Assembly (NCBI GenBank): GCA_950072105.1
Contig: CATMOE010000006.1
Coordinates: 1 to 64,000, forward strand
Direction: 5' to 3'
Source: an uncultured Dehalococcoidia bacterium
GTDB lineage: Bacteria > Chloroflexota > Dehalococcoidia > Lucifugimonadales > UBA3495
DNA length: 64,000 nt
The notes under the pieces were generated by a model. The model was not told where the DNA came from, did not search any database, and saw nothing but the letters and a program-made list of their open reading frames with translations. Shown piece after piece: positions 58,256-64,000 of this stretch. A program made the translations under genes and the position numbers. Numbering within the stretch: position 1 is the stretch's first letter; each line of letters starts with the position of its first letter.

Positions 58256-59539
58256 CTACGACTTCGGATACATGTCAGGCATCAACGCGTCCCGCCACTC
58301 CACTCCGATCGGCACCACGCTTTCGATGGCCCGCACATTGTAATAACTGGTACCCACTCCGGGTGGGTCGCCCCCATCGGCGACAGTCCTTGACGCCTCC
58401 AGCAACATGCGGCGAGCCGCCACGATCGCCATGTCGCTGCGGGTCAGGTTTTCCCTGGTGCGGTCGACTATATGCCCCATGCTTTCCTGAACCGCCACAT
58501 CCTGGGCATTGATGCCCTCGATGCCGGTAAAAGTCTCGGTCCTCTGGGCTTGTCGATCTATGAGCCAGTCGTTGCCGATATTTCCCTTGGTACGGAAATC
58601 CGGCAGAATGTCCTGAGGCCCCCTGCCGTAGCCCCGCTCGATCTCCTGCCATTCTTCTTCGGTTATCGGTTCTTCCCCAAAGCTGTAGATGAAGTTGTAA
58701 ATCATACAATTTTCATCATCCATTGGTACCCACATATGCCCGGCAACGTGGGGCTTGGCCGGCTGGCCTTGGTACCCCGCCGCTTGCCGGGGACGAAATT
58801 GGTGGAATGGCATCACGTAGTGGTAGGCCCGAACATAGTTGCCTTTCTCCCCCAGAGCGCGGACGCCAACGTACCGGTATCCGTAGTCCGTGGTATCCAC
58901 TTCCAGAGCAGGCGCGCTTCCGACCACGAAGTTGGAGTTCACCGCAATGCCAGCCCGGTCGGTATTTGCCGTTATTGCCCGATGCAGGATAGGCGCGTGA
59001 GCGGTGTCGACTCCTCCTTCCAGACCTTGCAGCCAATTGCATTCCTGACGATTTTTGGACACGTGCCGGTGCGTGGCTTGAACCTGGGTCCACTCAAAAT
59101 TGGGCGGTGGCGGTATTCGGTCTTCAGGCCCCAGGTAGGCCCATACAACCCCGCCCGCCTCCACCGTGGGGTACGACTTCGTCCACATCTTATCCTTGAA
59201 GTCGCTGTCAGGGGGTTCGTTCATCATGTCCAAACAGTTCCCCGCAACGTCAAACTTCCACCCATGGAACACACAGCGGAGACCGTGCTCTTCGTTTCGT
59301 CCCAAGAACAACGACGCCAGCCGGTGGGGGCAGAATTCATCCAACAGACCGATCCGTCCCCCGGTATCGCGGAAGGCCACCAGCTTTTCTCCCAGCAGCT
59401 TGACCCGAACCGGAGGGCAGTCTGCATTTGGTATTTCCTCAGACAGGAGAGCGGGCAGCCAATAACGGCGCATGACATCGCCCATGGGCGTGCCCTGGTC
59501 CGTTTGGGTCAAAATGTGGTTTTCATCCCTGCTGAGCAT
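58256..59539 (-). CDS. Rieske oxygenase, phthalate 4,5-dioxygenase/LigXa-like
   Basis: GTPMG..MRRYW, CPHR...CVFHGWKFD, NWLQGLEG.VDTAH...LH and QDVAVQESMG motifs. Confidence 0.92.
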   Translation of the reverse strand: MLSRDENHILTQTDQGTPMGDVMRRYWLPALLSEEIPNADCPPVRVKLLGEKLVAFRDTGGRIGLLDEFCPHRLASLFLGRNEEHGLRCVFHGWKFDVAGNCLDMMNEPPDSDFKDKMWTKSYPTVEAGGVVWAYLGPEDRIPPPPNFEWTQVQATHRHVSKNRQECNWLQGLEGGVDTAHAPILHRAITANTDRAGIAVNSNFVVGSAPALEVDTTDYGYRYVGVRALGEKGNYVRAYHYVMPFHQFRPRQAAGYQGQPAKPHVAGHMWVPMDDENCMIYNFIYSFGEEPITEEEWQEIERGYGRGPQDILPDFRTKGNIGNDWLIDRQAQRTETFTGIEGINAQDVAVQESMGHIVDRTRENLTRSDMAIVAARRMLLEASRTVADGGDPPGVGTSYYNVRAIESVVPIGVEWRDALMPDMYPKS

Positions 59540-59719
59540 AGCCCCTACCTCGCGTTAGGATGTTCGCCGGTCATGAAAAAACGCCCAAGACCCGGTACCA
59601 AGGCCCCCCGGCCATCTTAGTTCTACAGAGGGTTGTGGGGATCAAGAACATACATTACTAAAGACCCTTGTCAGGCCCCTATATTACGCAAGCCGTTTCC
59701 GACCGGGTAGCTGATTGGT

Positions 59720-60250
59720 CTAGGAACTGAGCACCTTACCTTCCGCGTTGGCCTCTTCGACGAAACCGGGGATCTGGGTCCAGCGGACGTTAGAGGCATC
59801 ATGGGCCAAACCGATGCACTCGCCCTGCGAGCTTTCAAGGCCCAGTGGGTGGGACACCAACTCTATAAGGTTGCCGTCCGGGTCGTTGATGTAGGTGTAG
59901 TGCTCGCCGGTATCTTCGCGCGTACCTTGATATGGGTCCACGCCTCCGGTGCCGGTAAACGAGCCTCCGCCGGACCTGGAATAGGAGACTCCGAGGGAAT
60001 CCAGATGTGCCAGAGTCTCGTCCCAGTCTTCCACTTCCACCGCGAAGTGTACTTGAGGCACCGGGATGAACGCCTGGGTAACAGACGTGTGAATCTCGGC
60101 GGTTCCTATACGAAGTTGAAGCTGGCGTTTGTTCAGCGCCGGCCCCCGGTCCAAGAACTCGGCTCCCAGGACCTTTTCGTACCAATCACGGGTCTGCTGG
60201 CGGTCTGTGATCTGGATGTTGATGTGGTGAATCATGCAGATTATTGACAT
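59720..60250 (-). CDS. VOC/glyoxalase family protein
   Basis: IHHINI, HFAVEV and YINDPDGNLIEL motifs. Confidence 0.85.
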   Translation of the reverse strand: MSIICMIHHINIQITDRQQTRDWYEKVLGAEFLDRGPALNKRQLQLRIGTAEIHTSVTQAFIPVPQVHFAVEVEDWDETLAHLDSLGVSYSRSGGGSFTGTGGVDPYQGTREDTGEHYTYINDPDGNLIELVSHPLGLESSQGECIGLAHDASNVRWTQIPGFVEEANAEGKVLSS

Positions 60251-60548
60251 GGCGCCATCTCCTACTTTCGTTGAAATACGCGACACCGGTGCCATTATCT
60301 TCCAAACCTCCGGTCCAAGCAAATTCTAACCGGATCAACGTCCTCCTTTCTTTTCCCAGGCCGCGAATACGTACCGACGACTCATCAGCTTGCGGGTTGC
60401 CAGCACATCTGATCTTGTTACGTTGCTTGCCAGACTAACCTAGCCGGTGGTATAAATACTGGCGTCGGGTCAGAAGCAGCATTCGCAAGATTATCCATCC
60501 CATTTCGTCACACTATATCCTTAAATCTCCTGATCGAGAGGAGTTGTC

Positions 60549-62189
60549 ATGGGTTCTCCTATCTCTAGGACTATCTTGATAACCAAAGCACTTATCCTCT
60601 TGGGCTTGATGATGGCCTTGTCCAATTGGAACAACTCACCGTTCGTCTACGGGCAACAACCACCGGCCCACGTTTTCCAGGGCAAGGTCACGGTCAACGG
60701 TCGGCCTGCCCCAGACGGGACTGGTGTAATAGTAATCATCGATGGACGTCGAGCGGTCGACCGGGGAGCGCTAGTAAAGGCCGGGAACTTCCGCCTTTTG
60801 GTGCCACAACGGGCAGGAATGTCCTTCGCCGGCAAGACCGCGGAATTCCGAGCAAAGGTGCCCGGCGGACAATCGCTTAAGTCTGACCAGACCATCGTTT
60901 GGGAGCCCGGCGGGAAGACACGGATTGACTTGAATTTCGGGAGTGGTGGACAGCCTCGCAAGCCAGGTGTACAAATCCCGGGAGCTCCGGGGATGTGGAA
61001 CCTGGAATGTATAGCTAGAGTCCTCGGGCGCATGCCTGCGGGGATAAAGGATACCACTGACGAAGAACGGCTGCGTATGACTCGAGAATGCATGGTCAGC
61101 GGCCAGAACCAACCCGGCTCTCCCCGGCAACCCAACCCAGCGATCCAACAGACTTCGCAAGAACTTCAGAACGCTCGCCAAGAACTCGAGAATTGGAAAC
61201 GCGAGAAAGGTCAACAAGTTCAGCAACAAGTAACAGATCTACGAGGGAAGCTGCGGGAATTTAAGCAAAGTCTAAATCAACCTGTGCAAGATAAAGGGCT
61301 GGAACTTAACAAGTTACAATACCAACGAACCCTAGATGAATATAAACAGGTTCAGCAAGACTGTAAGAGCAACGAGCGCGTCTGTAGGAGAATACCCGAA
61401 CTAGAGATGCAGGTTCGACAAGCAGAGCAAAACATAGAAAGACGCGAAAGAACGGTGGTTGAAGACCGTGAACGACGCTTGAATAACCGTGAAAGGGAGA
61501 CCGGATCGCGCATACAAAGCCTCGAGAGCAACTTCGCACGGGAACTCCGCCAAAAAGAAGAGGAATTGAGACAATTAGAGCGCCGATTGCAGGAGACAAA
61601 TACTGAACAGCGCCGCCAATCACAAGAGCAACGGCAACGGCAGCAGGAGCAGCAGCGCAGACAGGCAGACACCCAACGGCAGAGAAAAATGGATGAGGAA
61701 CGGATGCAGGGGGAACGGAAGCGTATGGAGAGCCAGGAACAGATGCAGAGGGAGGAGATGAAGCGGCAAACGAAAATGGATGAAGAACGGATGCAGGCGG
61801 AACGGAAGCGTATGGAGAGCCAGGAACAGATGCAGCGGGACGAAATGGAACGGCAAAAAAGATTGGATGAAGAACGGATGCAGGCGGAACGGAAGCGTAT
61901 GGACAGACAAGAACAGATGCAGCGGGAAGAGATGGAACGACGGAGGGGGTTAGATGAAGAACGGATGCGGATAGATCGGGACCGTCGTCCCAGGTCCCTG
62001 CCCGGCGAAGGTGCGCCCGGCACTCCGTTCGAAACCGAAGATAAGAGGAGCGGCCGGGGATTCTTCTCCAACAACGCCGTCGGAGGACTTGGCACGGCCA
62101 ACTCCATGATGGACCCGACTATGCTCGCGGTAATCGGTATCGTGCTTACCCTCGGCGCCACGATGCTGCAGATGGTCAAGGGGGGTTAG
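60549..62189 (+). CDS. Secreted/membrane-anchored coiled-coil protein with charged repeats
   Basis: N-terminal signal, beta-rich domain (PPAHVFQGKVTVNG), long Q/E/R helical region, C-terminal TM. Confidence 0.8.
   Translation: MGSPISRTILITKALILLGLMMALSNWNNSPFVYGQQPPAHVFQGKVTVNGRPAPDGTGVIVIIDGRRAVDRGALVKAGNFRLLVPQRAGMSFAGKTAEFRAKVPGGQSLKSDQTIVWEPGGKTRIDLNFGSGGQPRKPGVQIPGAPGMWNLECIARVLGRMPAGIKDTTDEERLRMTRECMVSGQNQPGSPRQPNPAIQQTSQELQNARQELENWKREKGQQVQQQVTDLRGKLREFKQSLNQPVQDKGLELNKLQYQRTLDEYKQVQQDCKSNERVCRRIPELEMQVRQAEQNIERRERTVVEDRERRLNNRERETGSRIQSLESNFARELRQKEEELRQLERRLQETNTEQRRQSQEQRQRQQEQQRRQADTQRQRKMDEERMQGERKRMESQEQMQREEMKRQTKMDEERMQAERKRMESQEQMQRDEMERQKRLDEERMQAERKRMDRQEQMQREEMERRRGLDEERMRIDRDRRPRSLPGEGAPGTPFETEDKRSGRGFFSNNAVGGLGTANSMMDPTMLAVIGIVLTLGATMLQMVKGG
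61689..61968 (+). repeat. Intragenic 87-bp tandem repeat (~3.2 units)
   Basis: Units start at 61689, 61776, 61863 and 61950; (M/L)DEERMQxERKRMxxQEQMQRxEMxRxxx. Confidence 0.92.
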
Positions 62190-62192
62190 CTC

Positions 62193-62939
62193 ATGGCGAC
62201 AGTTGTAAAAAGGGGCCTCGGGAGCAGGCTCGGAGACAACCTAATAATCAGTTTGTTCCGCCGGCTATTGGTCAGCGCGATTCTTGCTACACCTTTCTTG
62301 CTGTTCGGGGCGTACGGATTGTTGACACAAACCCAAGGTGTGGAATTTCTCCAAGGTTTCCAAGGCGTCGAAGGCGGCGAGGTGGCTACGATTCCCCTAT
62401 GGGCCTCTGTCGTCATCCTGGTGGTCGGGGGAGCTCTCATGGCTATCGGCCTCTATATGACTTTGGCAGGGGTAGCCCCTACCCCGCCTCTATCACCCGG
62501 GGAAAAAGAGTTAGTGATGCGCCACCCCACCATGAAGCCTGCCTACGCCAGGTTAATAGTAAGCATCCCTTTCTTCCTGGTTGCGGGCTTCATGGTGACA
62601 ACAACGATGTTGCCGTACGTATATCCTTTTGTCTTGTTCTTGATAGGGTTGTATTTCTTCTTCAAGGGAGCCATGCGGTACCTCCGCAACTTGCATATTA
62701 CCTACACCGTCACTGACCGCAGGGTTGTACATATGTACAAATTCCTGTGGCTGGACACCAAGGAAATTCCGGTGAGCCGAATCATCTCCATTTCAGAGGC
62801 CCGGAACTTCTTCGAAATCCTGACCGGACGAGGCAGCGTAGTGGTGGCCAGCGGTATCGGGAAGCGGCAGGTAATTCGTATCGAAGAAATTAATGACCCT
62901 GGGCCTGTTGCCGAAGCCCTTAGATCTCTACTGCCCTAA
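62193..62939 (+). CDS. Membrane protein with bacterial PH (bPH_2) domain
   Basis: Four TMs, then YTVTDRRVV...EIPVSRI...GRGSVVV. Confidence 0.8.
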   Translation: MATVVKRGLGSRLGDNLIISLFRRLLVSAILATPFLLFGAYGLLTQTQGVEFLQGFQGVEGGEVATIPLWASVVILVVGGALMAIGLYMTLAGVAPTPPLSPGEKELVMRHPTMKPAYARLIVSIPFFLVAGFMVTTTMLPYVYPFVLFLIGLYFFFKGAMRYLRNLHITYTVTDRRVVHMYKFLWLDTKEIPVSRIISISEARNFFEILTGRGSVVVASGIGKRQVIRIEEINDPGPVAEALRSLLP

Positions 62940-63099
62940 TCTAGCACCTGAGCCGGGCCACGAATTGCAGATTTCCTCGCGGTGATCGCTCAGGTATGCG
63001 GTAAACGGCTGGCTTGTCCATCGGAATTTGATCAAACCGTCCGGGCCCGCCTTCCATAGGCTGGCCGATCGACGCCGGTTGTACCTGATTCCCGGCTTG

Positions 63100-63128
63100 T
63101 TGACAGAGCTTGAGCTGCGCCTTACAAT
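63100..63128 (+). promoter_or_regulatory. Sigma70-type promoter
   Basis: TTGACA-17bp-TACAAT upstream of the 63166 ATG. Confidence 0.7.
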
Positions 63129-63165
63129 CGGTCACACTTTTAGCCCTTGGCAGGTTTACGCTTTG

Positions 63166-64000
63166 ATGAGGCGGACCCAAGTCTGTAACATCCTCTCCAT
63201 CGCCCACCCCATATTGCAAGCGGGGCTTCCTTGGGTATCCAACCCGGAATTGGTTGCCGCCGTGTCCAATGCGGGAGGCCTGGGCGTGCTTCACCCCACC
63301 GCCGGGCTGGACGTCGACGGCGACCTTGTCACCAACCTGCAAGCCAACATTCGCCGGGTACAGCGGCTAACTTCCAACTCTTTTGGCATCGCCTTGTATC
63401 TGCCCAATCCCAGGATTGAAGATATGATTGAGGCCGCCATTCAAGACGGGGTCCGCATCGCCATCACCTATGGGGGAAGCTCGGCCTTATATACGGGTAC
63501 CCTGAAGGATCATGACATCGTGGTACTGCACCAAGTGTCCACGGTACGTCATGCGCGGGGCGCCGAAGCGCAGGGCGTGGACATTGTGATAGCCGAAGGA
63601 TTTGAAGCCGGCGGCCTGCGGGGTCCAGACAAAGTGTCCACCATGGTCCTGGTGCCCCAAGTAGTAACATCGATCTCCATTCCCGTGATTGCCTCTGGGG
63701 GAGTGGTGGATGCTCGAGGGGTGGTGGCCGCCCGGGCTTTGGGCGCCCAGGGAGTGCAGATGGGCACACGTTTCGCCGCTACCCAAGAGTGCATCTCCCA
63801 CCAAAACTTCAAAGAAGCGATCGTAGCGGCCATCGACAGCGGTACGGTCATCGTGGGTGGCGATCGTTGGCCCACCCGGATCCTTCGCAACGGCATGGCT
63901 CTGCGAATGAAAGAAGAAGGACTATCGGGACCCGATAACGACTTCGAGGCCTGGGAACATGAGTTGGGGATGGCCGTGGCCCGGGCGGCAATGCTTGACG
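63166..64000 (+). CDS. Nitronate monooxygenase/FabK family flavoprotein (runs off the window; absent from the ORF track)
   Basis: Manual translation: HPILQAG..LVAAVSNAGGLG, AEGFEAGG, PVIASGG and GAQGVQMGTRF. Confidence 0.92.
   Translation, partial: MRRTQVCNILSIAHPILQAGLPWVSNPELVAAVSNAGGLGVLHPTAGLDVDGDLVTNLQANIRRVQRLTSNSFGIALYLPNPRIEDMIEAAIQDGVRIAITYGGSSALYTGTLKDHDIVVLHQVSTVRHARGAEAQGVDIVIAEGFEAGGLRGPDKVSTMVLVPQVVTSISIPVIASGGVVDARGVVAARALGAQGVQMGTRFAATQECISHQNFKEAIVAAIDSGTVIVGGDRWPTRILRNGMALRMKEEGLSGPDNDFEAWEHELGMAVARAAMLD

Noticed and set aside
58472..59620. Long antisense ORFs (also 18150..19280, 12707..13540, 57094..57984, 61352..62179)
   Set aside because: Shadow or alternative-frame ORFs overlapping well-supported genes in GC-rich DNA, with no motifs.
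61689..61968. 87-bp periodic repeat as a CRISPR array
   Set aside because: In-frame coding tandem repeat with no unique spacers and no cas genes.

Overview
GC-rich bacterial chromosome segment, most likely from a SAR202-type Chloroflexota (Dehalococcoidia). That placement is an inference from gene content: MASxRxQRxIxRLLD-kinase/AAA-TPR proteins, several CoA-transferases and Rieske oxygenase paralogs. The core block is tRNA-Thr/Tyr/Thr-tuf-rpmG-secE-nusG-rplKAJL with an L10 leader; a small Zn-ribbon gene follows rplL where rpoB usually sits. The flanks are catabolic. They hold an aromatic-degradation cluster (two Rieske alpha subunits, one beta subunit, VOC and LigB-type extradiol dioxygenases, SDR), two gentisate-dioxygenase-like cupins, etfBA, three family III CoA-transferases with a thiolase-like/DUF35 pair, a pantothenate operon and two paralogous GT-C/YfhO-like membrane glycosyltransferases. 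Four signals stand out. (1) Two decayed copies of the 3' end of the DUF885 gene lie downstream of it, each closing a gene cassette, which suggests serial insertion at one site. (2) A panG-panB-panC operon lacks panD but is led by a NylC/DmpA-family hydrolase, behind a structured leader and attenuator. (3) A STAND/TPR gene has an in-frame TGA before a further 53 coding-like codons, and a truncated kinase and a kinase relic break at almost the same point. (4) A membrane-anchored protein carries an 87-bp (29-aa) charged helical repeat. No CRISPR array, integrase or transposase was seen. All calls are by eye from motifs; no searches were run.
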